A stretch of 64,000 bases of DNA from an uncultured Gammaproteobacteria bacterium (GTDB taxonomy: Bacteria > Patescibacteriota > Patescibacteriia > VMEV01 > CAZAJQ01). Below the pieces are notes generated by a model. The model was not told the DNA's origin and searched no databases. It was given only the letters and a program-made list of their open reading frames with translations. The stretch is from contig CAZAJQ010000005.1 of NCBI GenBank assembly GCA_964485795.1, forward strand, positions 4,678 to 68,677. Direction: 5' to 3'. Within the stretch, counting starts at the first letter, position 1. Each line of letters opens with the position of its first letter. The translations under genes were made by a program, and so were the position numbers. Below are positions 1 through 9,264 of this stretch, piece by piece.

Positions 1-461
1 GCGGTTTGGACATGCGTCGCCATGATGGTGTTCTCTTCGGGAGTGAGTGAAACCGCACTCGCATCTTTCATGCGAAACGCAAGATTATAATACGTCTTCC
101 CTTTATAGCTGCTGGCATGAGCGACAAAAAGCGACTCGATATTTTTTATGAAAAATTCCGTGATTGAATTTCCAAAAAGCGATGATACCCGAACCGTTCC
201 CATATTGCCGAGCTTGTCGAGACGGATATCATGACGCTTGTTTGTCGCGATGACCAAAACTCCGAATCCGAGCATGAGAAAAGCCATGAAATATTCTATA
301 TTTTGCGATACTTGCCTCACTATGGAGACACCGGCAAACAAAAAAACGGCGCCGAGAAAATAAGCGCCGTAATTGTTTTTTCGCAATGTCATCGTGACAT
401 CGTCTTTTGCGACGACCTTCATGGAAGATGACGTAAACGTCTGAGCTTTGAGAGCCATAGA
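1..461 (-). CDS. Partial membrane protein with bPH_2/YdbT-like (DUF304-type) architecture: two TM helices followed by a PH-like domain. The C-terminus runs off the window start.
   Basis: Manual minus-strand translation gives MALKAQTFTSSSMKVVAKDDVTMTLRKNNYGAYFLGAVFLFAGVSIVRQVSQNIEYFMAFLMLGFGVLVIATNKRHDIRLDKLGNMGTVRVSSLFGNSITEFFIKNIESLFVAHASSYKGKTYYNLAFRMKDASAVSLTPEENTIMATHVQT... open to position 1. It is absent from the ORF track because it is incomplete. Confidence 0.4.
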
Positions 462-526
462 GTGATAACAATGAAATGCGTCAGAAATTTTTTTCCATCA
501 TTTTTTTTAAAAAATCCTCGCCGCGC

Positions 527-1099
527 CTACTTTGTTCCCTCCTCCATCATCTCCATCAACATTGTGAGGCACTCGGGCAAGGTAAAAAACCCGGCGCTGC
601 CGTTCAAATGCTCCCCGCCTGAAATGACGACAAGCTTGCAGCGGCATTTTTCGGATAAAACCTTTGCATGCTTCAAAGGCACCACCGTGTCATTATCCCC
701 ATGGATAACGCCGAATTTTTGACAATTCGCTCGGATGGTCTCAAAGTCGAAATCATGTTCAAAAAATGAATGAAGCTTTTCATTGTCGGTTTTCTCGCAA
801 GGACCGGAAACGAGTATCGCGCCACTGATCGGTGAAATATCATTTTCCAAGAATCTCAAAATCGCCGGTACTCCGAGAGAATGCCCGATAAGGTATATTT
901 CATCGTCTGCGTGAATCTCTCTTCGCTGCCTTGCGATCTCGGCCACCCATTCGCTGCATACCGGAGCTTCCGGCGAAGGCATGGGAAGGGCGCAGGCGTA
1001 AACGTCTTTTTTCATGAGTTCCGACATAAGCCACGGCCTCCATCCCCCGTTTGGCCGGCCTTCAAATCCATGGATAAGAAATACTTTTTTCATATGCAC
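527..1099 (-). CDS. Alpha/beta-hydrolase, YdeN/RBBP9-like serine hydrolase family
   Basis: 190 aa with a GHSLG nucleophile-elbow motif (LIGHSLGVPAIL), an HGDNDTVVP motif and a conserved C-terminal His region. Size and motifs fit the DUF1234/YdeN esterase family. Confidence 0.65.
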   Translation of the reverse strand: MHMKKVFLIHGFEGRPNGGWRPWLMSELMKKDVYACALPMPSPEAPVCSEWVAEIARQRREIHADDEIYLIGHSLGVPAILRFLENDISPISGAILVSGPCEKTDNEKLHSFFEHDFDFETIRANCQKFGVIHGDNDTVVPLKHAKVLSEKCRCKLVVISGGEHLNGSAGFFTLPECLTMLMEMMEEGTK

Positions 1100-1117
1100 T
1101 CTGAACTCATTTCACCT

Positions 1118-2242
1118 TCAAGTGATAAATTCAAAATAATTATCTTGGTGGATTATTTCTACCCTCGACTCGGGATACAGCTCCAAAAATCGTTCCGGAA
1201 TAGGGAATTTTTCTTTGTTCAACTTGATCTCGTAGGCGAAAATTTTCCCGTCACCTTCTTCGATCCAATCAATTTCTTTTTGATCATAGCTCCGCCAAAA
1301 ATAAAAGTTATAATAGCTTCCTTTATAGCTGTTTCTCTTGATTCTCTCCATAATGAGAAAATTTTCCCACAGCTCTCCACGATCATTTCTCTCTTCAAAG
1401 GAGTTGAATTGGCCTATAACCGCATTGCGGATGCCATTGTCAAAAAAATAATATTTACGTTTTTTGGCGATTTCTTTTCTCAGATTCCTACCAAAACTGC
1501 CAAGTGACTTTATGACAAATGCTTTCTCGAGAAGATCAAGGTATCTTTCCACGGTTCGAGAATTCAATCCCACCTGCGTGGCCAATTCGCTGATTGAAAC
1601 TGGCTTCCCGATTTGAAACGCGAGAAGCTTGACGAGCTTCATGAGTGCATTTGGATTTCGCACATTGTCGAGCGATAAAATATCCTTAAACAGATAAGAC
1701 TCCGCTATTTCTTTGAGAATCTTTATCTTCTCCTCTTTCGACTTCGCAACAACCACCTCGGGATATGAACCAAAAACAAGGAAATCTTCTTTTTTTTGCT
1801 TCAGCTCGAAAACGTTGTGCTGATTCAAAAGCTCCATCTGAGCAATCGGAAAAAGCGTAAGGGTGGTTTTACGTCCCGTAAGGGGCTCGCCGATTTTATT
1901 GGCGAGGTCAAAGGAAGAAGATCCAGTCGCGATGACTTGAATGTCGGGATGTTGATCAATGATGATTTTCAATCCCATTCCAACATCAGGTATTTGCTGA
2001 GCCTCATCAATCACAATGAGCTCATATCCGGAAACATAATCGGCAATCTGTCGAAAATCTTGGGAGCTCAAAACCTTGCGAGCAGCAACACTGTCGCCCG
2101 AATCAACGAGATATTTCTTTGTGACTTTTAAAAGATATTGCTCAAGAAGCGTCGTCTTCCCGATTCGTCGAGGGCCATAAATAACCAATACCCTTCCGGC
2201 TTTCATAAAACTATTCAAATTGTTGTAAAATCTCTGAATCAT
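1118..2242 (-). CDS. AAA+ superfamily ATPase (COG1373-like, AAA_14 N-domain plus DUF4143-like C-domain)
   Basis: 374 aa. Walker A VIYGPRRIGKTTLLEQ, Walker B LIVIDEAQQIP, and a C-terminal winged-helix-like region. Typical stand-alone 'predicted ATPase'. Confidence 0.75.
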   Translation of the reverse strand: MIQRFYNNLNSFMKAGRVLVIYGPRRIGKTTLLEQYLLKVTKKYLVDSGDSVAARKVLSSQDFRQIADYVSGYELIVIDEAQQIPDVGMGLKIIIDQHPDIQVIATGSSSFDLANKIGEPLTGRKTTLTLFPIAQMELLNQHNVFELKQKKEDFLVFGSYPEVVVAKSKEEKIKILKEIAESYLFKDILSLDNVRNPNALMKLVKLLAFQIGKPVSISELATQVGLNSRTVERYLDLLEKAFVIKSLGSFGRNLRKEIAKKRKYYFFDNGIRNAVIGQFNSFEERNDRGELWENFLIMERIKRNSYKGSYYNFYFWRSYDQKEIDWIEEGDGKIFAYEIKLNKEKFPIPERFLELYPESRVEIIHQDNYFEFIT

Positions 2243-2456
2243 ATATTCCCATGATACACGAACTGCAAATTTTTGTCAAAATATTTGTATTAGTACTACA
2301 AAAATTTGGCTGAATATTTGTAGTAGAACTTAAGCAGACATACAATAGATAGATGGAAAGATTTTATCTCACTATGTTGAGGTTTTGACAAAAATCCTCG
2401 TTTTGTGTGTTAAATGTATAGGTTTTGTGTATCAATGTTGAGGTTTTTCGAATTCA

Positions 2457-2540
2457 TGCCGGGAGCGGGACTCGAACCCGCAAGGAGTTTCCTCCAAGAG
2501 ATTTTAAGTCTCTCGTGTCTACCAGTTTCACCATCCCGGC
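2457..2540 (-). tRNA. tRNA-Leu (anticodon TAA), long variable arm
   Basis: Reverse complement reads GCCGGGATGGTGAAACTGGTAGACACGAGAGACTTAAAATCTCTTGGAGGAAACTCCTTGCGGGTTCGAGTCCCGCTCCCGGCA. 7-bp acceptor stem, GTTCGAGTC T-loop, anticodon loop CTTAAAA, long variable arm typical of Leu. CCA is not encoded. Confidence 0.85.
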
Positions 2541-2587
2541 AATACAATTTTTCACCCTTTACCTGAAATCCTTGTTGAAAAAAAATC

Positions 2588-3412
2588 TTACGGATTCACC
2601 CATTCATCGCTGATAACTTTCAACACGCCGTCCACCTTCTCTTTTCGGACGACGCGGAATTGCTGTTTTTCGATATCCCAATTTTGATCAATCTCCGAAA
2701 TACGTTCAAAATCTCCTTCATCCATCCAATGGTACACTTCGTCGATGAAAATAGATCCTGCCATTCCAAGATTATGATGCGTTTTAACGACTTTATTCTT
2801 TTCATCCGCAAAAGGAGACGATAATCCATTGAGCTTGGTATTCAATACAAAGTCCTTTTTCTTTTCATCGAAAATCCAATATTGATATCCCCGATTTCCG
2901 CTTCCTACCCAAGACAACAATCGAATATCTCCAAATCCATCAAAATTAATATCTTCAATCTTTACAAAATCGTCTTCGAAAAACAAATTTTCAGCAAGCG
3001 CCAAATCATGCTCAAACTCCAGATCTAGATCAAAATCAGTATTACTGTTCATGAGTATTCTCATCATGCTCAAGGGAACCTCCCTTTTATCAAAAAAAAT
3101 AATATTCACACGATAATCCCTGTCGGTAGAAGCATAATTTTGGGGGCTTATGGAGCCAAAAGAACATTGCATCACAGGTTTTAGGCTTTCCGTTTCATAA
3201 TAATAAAGACCCACCGATTCTTTGTCGCGATTACATTTCTCATTGAATCCTTCGACCGTATTTTCAGATACATCCGCAGTTTCCTGAAATACCTTCATAT
3301 CCGAACTTTGAAATAAATCCTTTTCAAATTTTGCAAACAAAAAACCGCCCCCTCCGATAACCAAAAATACCGATACCCAAAGCGCTATTTTCCATTGACG
3401 CGACATGATCAT
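2588..3412 (-). CDS. Hypothetical protein with an N-terminal TM anchor or signal sequence (exported)
   Basis: 274-aa ORF. N-terminal hydrophobic segment WKIALWVSVFLVIGGGGFLFA, acidic repeat-poor body, no recognisable catalytic motifs. Confidence 0.55.
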   Translation of the reverse strand: MIMSRQWKIALWVSVFLVIGGGGFLFAKFEKDLFQSSDMKVFQETADVSENTVEGFNEKCNRDKESVGLYYYETESLKPVMQCSFGSISPQNYASTDRDYRVNIIFFDKREVPLSMMRILMNSNTDFDLDLEFEHDLALAENLFFEDDFVKIEDINFDGFGDIRLLSWVGSGNRGYQYWIFDEKKKDFVLNTKLNGLSSPFADEKNKVVKTHHNLGMAGSIFIDEVYHWMDEGDFERISEIDQNWDIEKQQFRVVRKEKVDGVLKVISDEWVNP

Positions 3413-3667
3413 AAGTGTGAATCAATTTTTCACACTCAATCTATCACTTTTTATGCCGATTTACAATAAACTTAGCTTTTTTTTTCGCGTCCTTTTGCGA
3501 GAAGAGCCGCGGGTAAAATCCCCGTCAAAAATGTGAGATTGTAATTTCGGACTGACAATTCGATTTGAAAAATTGACCAAAATCCACAATCTGCTATCTT
3601 GCTTGAATGCCGATTTGGATTGTCGTTCTATTTTTTTTAAAAAAACCTTTATACAAAGGAGTTCTTT

Positions 3668-3895
3668 ATGGGAAACGATGGAAAGAAAAAAAGGGTCGTG
3701 AAGTCCGGCGAGGGAAGAAAAAAATGGACACGAACAAAGTCCAATCAGTCGTCAAAGGCTCCCCTCAAATGCCCCTCTCACGCTGATGAATCGTTTGAAA
3801 GTGATGATGACTACACACCAAGGCAGAAATTTGCATCAAGCGACAGCGGCAAAATCTGCTGGTTATCAAAATTTTCAGACCAATTTTACGACTAG
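3668..3895 (+). CDS. Small basic protein (75 aa), candidate gene
   Basis: AAAGGAG Shine-Dalgarno 7 nt upstream of the ATG. Lys/Arg-rich N-terminus (GKKKRVVKSGEGRKKWTRTK). Followed by a canonical intrinsic terminator hairpin plus T-run. Confidence 0.4.
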   Translation: MGNDGKKKRVVKSGEGRKKWTRTKSNQSSKAPLKCPSHADESFESDDDYTPRQKFASSDSGKICWLSKFSDQFYD

Positions 3896-3926
3896 GACAC
3901 CCTTTCAAAAGCTCCTTGATCATAAA

Positions 3927-3961
3927 AGCCCTTGCTTTGGCGGCTACAAGGGCTTTTTTTA
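3927..3961 (+). terminator. Rho-independent terminator after the small ORF
   Basis: aaagcccttg-ctttggcggctac-caagggcttttttt: a 9-bp GC-containing stem followed by a T7 run. Confidence 0.6.
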
Positions 3962-3984
3962 TTTCATTATGATTCTACTACTCC

Positions 3985-4045
3985 TGCCAAAGACAGGCAG
4001 GCCTCTGCCCTTCGGGCATCTCCCCTTGTCCAAGGGGAGAACTCA
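3985..4045. repeat. Copy of the dispersed GC-rich palindromic repeat family (CTCCCCTTGTCCAAGGGGAG core)
   Basis: cctgccaaagacaggcagg, gcccttcgggc and ctccccttgtccaaggggag hairpins. The same CCCCTTGTCCAAGGG core and GCCCGAAGGGC module recur at 15760-15800. Confidence 0.55.
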
Positions 4046-4079
4046 AATGGTATGGGTTTCCATCAACACAGTCTTCAAA

Positions 4080-5402
4080 CTAGTTTGCCGGTGCGGGAAT
4101 CAATCCCCCGCGCTCGGGCGCCACACCTTTTTCAAAAAAGCCGGTGCAAAGCTGAAAGCCGCTTGCGCGGTCGATGCCTAACAAAGTAATCTTGTTTTTA
4201 TCCGCGCTAAACTTGATCTTTGCGAGATTATTCGTGGGCGACTCGATATCCCCGGGAAATAAGGCCACATGTGTGGCTTGGTAACTTGGAAATCCGCCCC
4301 TGAAAACGACAATGCCATTTTCAGGATTGGTTTCGGGAAGCAAAGTCAGCCGCACTTCTTCGGTATCGATGGCGCTTTCCAAAATAGCCTCCTCAAAACC
4401 GCAAGAAAACCCACCGTACGAAATTTTTTTTGATTCAACCTTTCTCGGCTCGACGGCGGGAGCATTAACCGGCTTGGTGTCCTTTTTCAGACCGGTTACC
4501 ACATCGTCTTCATTGTTGTCTTCCGGTTCATCATCATTGTCGGCGGACTCGACAAAAGCTTCATGAAACAGGGCATCCGAATTTTTTTGCGATACGGCCG
4601 CATCGATCTCAATCATAAGCTTTATTTCAAAGCTTTCCTGAGGATTCAAAATATCGACACCGCAAATCGGAAGGCCAAAAAAAACCGTCGAACAATAACC
4701 CAATGTCGTAGAGACGGATTTCACCCCGGCTCCCAACGGGAGATAATCCGTGATGATCACGTCGCTTGCCACTCCGAGTCCGAGATTGGTCACTTTTATG
4801 GTATACATGAGCGTATCTCCGAGCTGTACCGTATCTTTGTCGGCCGTCATCTCCAGCGAGAGATCGGCGATTTTCGAAGGAGGAGGAATTGGCAAGGGTT
4901 GCTTTTTCTGCACCGGCACATTCGCTTGTTTAGTGTCGTCTTTTTGCAAACCCGTGATGAGGTCGGCTCGATTGTTCTCTTTGGGATCCTTGTCATTGCC
5001 GCTTGAGGCGACACGCGCGGTATTCACCAGGGTTGTCGCAGCTTCTTCCACCGTAACCGTCAGCAGGACGGAAACGCTTTGATCGGGTGATAAGCTCTCA
5101 AAATCGCATATCGGAACCCCCACGATGGTGATGCATTCTCCCCCGGCGGCGGAAAGGGACTTTACGGTCACGCCAAACGGGAGATTATCCGTCACCGTTA
5201 CATTCTTTGCGGTTTCGGGACCTCTATTCGTAACCGTCATCGTATATGTCAGGGTATCCCCGGCTTTCACACGGTCTTTATCGGCCGTCTTTTTGATCTC
5301 CAAATCCGCGACACCGGCATTATCGGGAGTTTTTTTATAGAGAAAAAAAATTCCGGTCGCAAGAATAGCGATGGAAATTCCTAAATAGATGAATTTTTTC
5401 AT
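4080..5402 (-). CDS. Secreted DUF11 (conserved repeat domain) protein with two DUF11 repeats
   Basis: Signal-like N-terminus MKKFIYLGISIAILATGIFFLY. Two repeats of the TLTYTMTVTNRGPETAKNVTVTDNLP / TLMYTIKVTNLGLGVASDVIITDYLP type with a conserved Cys pair (DUF11 hallmark). The ORF track extends the start to 5450; I trimmed it to the Met preceding the signal peptide. Confidence 0.7.
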   Translation of the reverse strand: MKKFIYLGISIAILATGIFFLYKKTPDNAGVADLEIKKTADKDRVKAGDTLTYTMTVTNRGPETAKNVTVTDNLPFGVTVKSLSAAGGECITIVGVPICDFESLSPDQSVSVLLTVTVEEAATTLVNTARVASSGNDKDPKENNRADLITGLQKDDTKQANVPVQKKQPLPIPPPSKIADLSLEMTADKDTVQLGDTLMYTIKVTNLGLGVASDVIITDYLPLGAGVKSVSTTLGYCSTVFFGLPICGVDILNPQESFEIKLMIEIDAAVSQKNSDALFHEAFVESADNDDEPEDNNEDDVVTGLKKDTKPVNAPAVEPRKVESKKISYGGFSCGFEEAILESAIDTEEVRLTLLPETNPENGIVVFRGGFPSYQATHVALFPGDIESPTNNLAKIKFSADKNKITLLGIDRASGFQLCTGFFEKGVAPERGGLIPAPAN

Positions 5403-5634
5403 ATCGAATTTTTCCATAGTATGGTACTCAAACCTAATATTCAACCTCACTTTTTCTCTTCGTATTTCGTTGCTTTAAACATGGAAAAAAATGAAGCTGC
5501 ACTGTTAAGTCAATTATTCATAAGGCATCAAGAAATAAAAGGATAATTTTTTTAAAAAAAAATGACTCACCGAGCGGATTGATTTTTCACCACTCTCACT
5601 CATTTTCGGTGAAAACATTGAAAAATTCCTGACA

Positions 5635-7386
5635 TCACCTGCCATGCAACCATTTCTCAAAATCTTTCGCGTTTTGGGTATTGATAATATCTTTTTTCTC
5701 CGCCCAACCGCGTCGAGCCTGCCCCACTCCCATCTCCAGCTGATCCATCTGCGCTACGGCATGACTGTCGGAACAAAGAATCATTGAGACGCCGATTTCC
5801 TTTGCCATTCGTATCAGCGTGTCATGGAGATCAAGTCGTTCTGGTGATGCGTTGATCTCGATCGCCTTGTTTTTCATTTTCGCAAAAGTGAAGACTTGTT
5901 TCCAATCGCACTCGATGGGTTCGCGCGAAAAAATTTTTCGCGCCGTCGGATGTCCAAGTATACGGACATGAGGATTTCTCAATGCCACGATCAGTCGCTT
6001 CGTATTTGCTCTACCGGTCATGCGAAAACTCGAATGCACCGCGGCGACGATACCGTCAAATCGAGCCATTTTTTCATCCGACACTTTCAATTTCCCATCT
6101 TTTTCGATATCCACTTCGCCACCGGCAAAAACTTGTATCTTTTCATTGGAGCATGATTTCACCGCATGAAGATACGAGGTGATTCGACTTTCTTTCACCG
6201 CATCGGCAATCGCCGGACCGAGGATATGATCGGTGATCATGATATATTCATACCCGAGCAAAATCGCTTTTCTGGTCATTTCTTCCGGAGTATTCATGCC
6301 GTCCGAAAAAGTGGTATGAAGCTGACAATCTCCTTTCACGTCTTTCAATGTCAAAAGCGCTGGAAGCACTCCTTGCAAACTCGCTTCGATCTCACCGGTA
6401 TCCGTACGCAGCTCGGGGTCCATCCATCGCATGCCCAAAGCCTCGTAAACGGATTTTTCATCACTCCCCGCGATGCGTTTTTTCCCTTTCCAAAGGCCGT
6501 ATTCATTGAGCTTCATGCCTTTTTTATGTGCGATAGTACGGAGATGGACATTGTGTCGCTTATCTCCCGTGAAATACAACAACGCCGAACCGTACTGCTC
6601 GTCCGGAATCACGAGCATGTCGGCATCAATGCCGATTTTCAAACGCACCGAAGCGCGGGTGGGACCAAAAGACATCACTTCTTTCACTTCCGGCAAATGG
6701 GTAAAAACGTTCAAAAAAGATTCCTGATCTTTTGACGAAGCGATCAAATCCATATCGCCGACCGTTTCCTGAAATCTCCGGAGCGACCCGGCCATATCGA
6801 TCCTTTTGACCCCTGCAATCGCACGTAACCTTGCGATAATTCTTCGCGCCAATGGCATGACCTCTCCCAGAAGCATACGTCCCTTCGAAGCCAAGTAAAG
6901 CTCTATCGCATGACGAATCTTGGCTTCCGACCTGTTTCCGAAGTGTCTCAAGGTCGCGATTTTGTGTCGTTGCACGACCTTTTGAAGGTCGGAAAGATTT
7001 CTGACATGAAGCTCATCATAGAGCTTTCGAACGGTTTTTGGACCGATGCCTTCGATGGCGAGAAGTTCTTCGAGCTTTACCGGACACTTTTTTTTCAACG
7101 CTTCATCGAGGGAAATCTTTCCGGTTTCGATATACTCGGCAATCTTGTCCGCAATGCCGCTCCCGATGGTCGGCAAATCCGCGAGAGCCTTTTTTCCGCC
7201 TTCATGGTAAAGCTTGGCCATGTCTTCCGCCGTATTTTCAAGATATTGCGCCACCCGACGATACGCACGAGGTTTGAAAGCGATGTCGTCGAATTCGAGA
7301 TAATCGGCGATCCCTGAAAAAATCTTTGCAAGTTCAAAATTTTTCATGTTACGCGCATACTCTGAAAAGAGATATTCTCCCGCCAT
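5635..7386 (-). CDS. polX: DNA polymerase X family protein (Pol-beta-like nucleotidyltransferase plus C-terminal PHP phosphoesterase domain)
   Basis: 583 aa. HhH motifs (IEGIGPKTVRKLY), the Pol-beta palm GSLRRFQETVGDMDL, and a PHP domain with H/D metal ligands (LQLHTTFSDG ... ITDH ... HPT...). Confidence 0.85.
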   Translation of the reverse strand: MAGEYLFSEYARNMKNFELAKIFSGIADYLEFDDIAFKPRAYRRVAQYLENTAEDMAKLYHEGGKKALADLPTIGSGIADKIAEYIETGKISLDEALKKKCPVKLEELLAIEGIGPKTVRKLYDELHVRNLSDLQKVVQRHKIATLRHFGNRSEAKIRHAIELYLASKGRMLLGEVMPLARRIIARLRAIAGVKRIDMAGSLRRFQETVGDMDLIASSKDQESFLNVFTHLPEVKEVMSFGPTRASVRLKIGIDADMLVIPDEQYGSALLYFTGDKRHNVHLRTIAHKKGMKLNEYGLWKGKKRIAGSDEKSVYEALGMRWMDPELRTDTGEIEASLQGVLPALLTLKDVKGDCQLHTTFSDGMNTPEEMTRKAILLGYEYIMITDHILGPAIADAVKESRITSYLHAVKSCSNEKIQVFAGGEVDIEKDGKLKVSDEKMARFDGIVAAVHSSFRMTGRANTKRLIVALRNPHVRILGHPTARKIFSREPIECDWKQVFTFAKMKNKAIEINASPERLDLHDTLIRMAKEIGVSMILCSDSHAVAQMDQLEMGVGQARRGWAEKKDIINTQNAKDFEKWLHGR

Positions 7387-7486
7387 TCCTTATTTTATTC
7401 TATCTCTTTCCGGTGAACGTATCTACCCCCACGCTTCAAAGGAAGATGGCTTTTGAAAAACTCATGGAGTTTTCAACATCATTCTC

Positions 7487-7656
7487 TTGACGCGATCATC
7501 TGTCGTGTTTATAGTGAATGAACATTTATGTTAAAAAATTTCCAGCAGTCATTTTGGTTTATTCTTATGCACCTGCCTCAAGCTGGAATCGGTTTGCGCT
7601 AAATCATAGCATCAAAGTATCAAAAACCGTCCTTCCAGCAAAGGGCGGTTTTTTGT
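7487..7656 (+). ncRNA. Candidate small RNA or cis-regulatory leader: sigma70-like promoter followed about 135 nt later by an intrinsic terminator
   Basis: TTGACG(7487-7492)-N17-TATAGT(7510-7515). Hairpin aaaaccgtcc..ggcggtttttt at 7623-7655 followed by a T-run. The hypothetical gene 7805..8872 lies downstream on the same strand. Confidence 0.3.
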
Positions 7657-7804
7657 GTCATGGGGGGTATACACGCAACGTGAAAGAAAGCCGATGCCTC
7701 GCACTCAAACGTTTCAAAAAAGATTGATCCATGGGAGCCGGACATGAGCTTTCAAGAGTCAGAAAGCCGTTCTTTTCATCATTCAATCACAGGAGGTTTA
7801 TCAC

Positions 7805-8872
7805 ATGAATCTATCGCTTCACATGAATGGGACAGCCGTCGTCACTGCTCCCCTCGGTGATATCGTAGTACACGATATCAAATCGTCACTCGGTCATTTT
7901 TGTACGTTGCCAAATTTCGTGACCCGGTATCCCGAAGTGGTCATCAAGGCGCTCGAAAAAATTTACCTGGAATACAACGGCGCTTTTTCCCCGCTTGTGG
8001 AAAGGAATCGCGAATGGGAAAACGATTACCGATACTGCATATACGGCGGAAAATTCGAAAATGTCGCGGTTCAGATCGATATGGTCGGTCTGACCGACGC
8101 CATGCTCGAAACGCTCTCCCGCTTATCCATGGAAGAAGTTATTTCACTGCTCAAAAATTCGATCTTTGAAATCGAAAACTCTCTGGCAATGTACCAGCTT
8201 CTCGAAAAGCAATTTCGAAGAGATGTAGAAAAGTCTTTTTTCAGCCTTCGATTTCGCACAGTTCTCAATCACCTGAGACAAACACATCGGATGCCCATCG
8301 CATTGCTGGCCGTCACACGATCAAAATACGAAGGAATGTTGACTTCGGAGTTTGGCAAAAAGCCCGATGAGGAGATCACCGATGCCGAAGTCTTTGAACT
8401 TTCCGGGTTTGACGCCTTTTTCTCTCCGGAACGATTCGCTCGATACATCCGTGAAAACGGAAATCGATGCGAATACTTGCTCTATGCGAGAACGTCGGAT
8501 CCCATAAACAAGCTCAAAGATTCCACCCGAAAAAACGAGTACTCGTTGCTCGAAGACGCAACGCTCCGCGAAATCATAAAACGGCATGCGATCACCTGCA
8601 ACATTGATGCACCGGACATGGATTACCGGAAAAAAATCAATGATACCAAAGAATATCTTCATCCCATGAATATGGCTTATGAAATCAAAGGCATGAAAGA
8701 TATCATGTCCGAACATTTTCTCAATGTTCTCGAAAAACGCAGAAACAACCGAGGGAGAATCGATCCCGATGAAAATCTTTTCGGAAATTTCTATCCGGAA
8801 GACTTGAAAAAGTTTCTGCTGGCGCGGGGAATCAACCAAAATGCCATCGATGCGGGCAAAGTCACTCTCTGA
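7805..8872 (+). CDS. Hypothetical protein (355 aa), no recognisable family
   Basis: Long ORF with a good SD (caggaggtttatcacATG). Codon usage matches neighbouring genes. The antisense ORF 8321..8911 is judged spurious. Confidence 0.6.
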   Translation: MNLSLHMNGTAVVTAPLGDIVVHDIKSSLGHFCTLPNFVTRYPEVVIKALEKIYLEYNGAFSPLVERNREWENDYRYCIYGGKFENVAVQIDMVGLTDAMLETLSRLSMEEVISLLKNSIFEIENSLAMYQLLEKQFRRDVEKSFFSLRFRTVLNHLRQTHRMPIALLAVTRSKYEGMLTSEFGKKPDEEITDAEVFELSGFDAFFSPERFARYIRENGNRCEYLLYARTSDPINKLKDSTRKNEYSLLEDATLREIIKRHAITCNIDAPDMDYRKKINDTKEYLHPMNMAYEIKGMKDIMSEHFLNVLEKRRNNRGRIDPDENLFGNFYPEDLKKFLLARGINQNAIDAGKVTL

Positions 8873-9149
8873 TGCAAACCCGCCAAAGGGACCTACGGAT
8901 GCTATGGACATGTTTCCGGAACGATTGCGGATAAAAATTTTCGTAGCGATCTAAAAAAAGAAATCCATCGACGCGGACACTATGTCGTCCAGCCCGAAAT
9001 TCCCGCATCCGTCATTTCCAATGAAACGACCGGAGAAACATACACCTTCATTGATCGAATTTTCTTCGGTATCATCGAAGGGAATCCTCTCTTCCTCGGC
9101 GGTATGAGAAATCTCATGCCGCAAGAGAGCATTGAAAATAAAAAAGGAA

Positions 9150-9181
9150 GGATACACGGCAACTCAAAAGCCGTGTATGCC
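9150..9181 (+). other. Imperfect hairpin in the intergenic region (ggatacacggc-N9-gccgtgtatgcc)
   Basis: About 10-bp inverted repeat seen directly in the sequence. Confidence 0.3.
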
Positions 9182-9233
9182 GAAATCGTGTGCTGAATCG
9201 TTTTATCATGAGTTCTTTCTTTCTATCGGGCCA

Positions 9234-9264
9234 GCGTTTATACTCTATATGCTAGTATAAACGC
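9234..9264 (+). promoter_or_regulatory. Perfect 10-bp inverted repeat abutting the start codon of the M20 peptidase gene
   Basis: gcgtttatac-tctatatgcta-gtataaacgc, immediately followed by the ATG at 9265. Candidate operator or translation-masking hairpin. Confidence 0.4.

Noticed and set aside
3786-4189. ORFs 3786-4181 and 3932-4189, and ORF 15665-16057, containing 'HLPLSKGR' peptides
   Set aside because: They are read-through translations of the CCCCTTGTCCAAGGG repeat hairpins in otherwise non-coding or antisense DNA. They overlap better-supported genes or terminators.
8951-9162. Two overlapping 60-68-aa minus-strand ORFs in the polX-distal spacer
   Set aside because: No SD, Gly/Asp-rich low complexity, mutually overlapping frames. 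Left unannotated, though a small gene here cannot be excluded.
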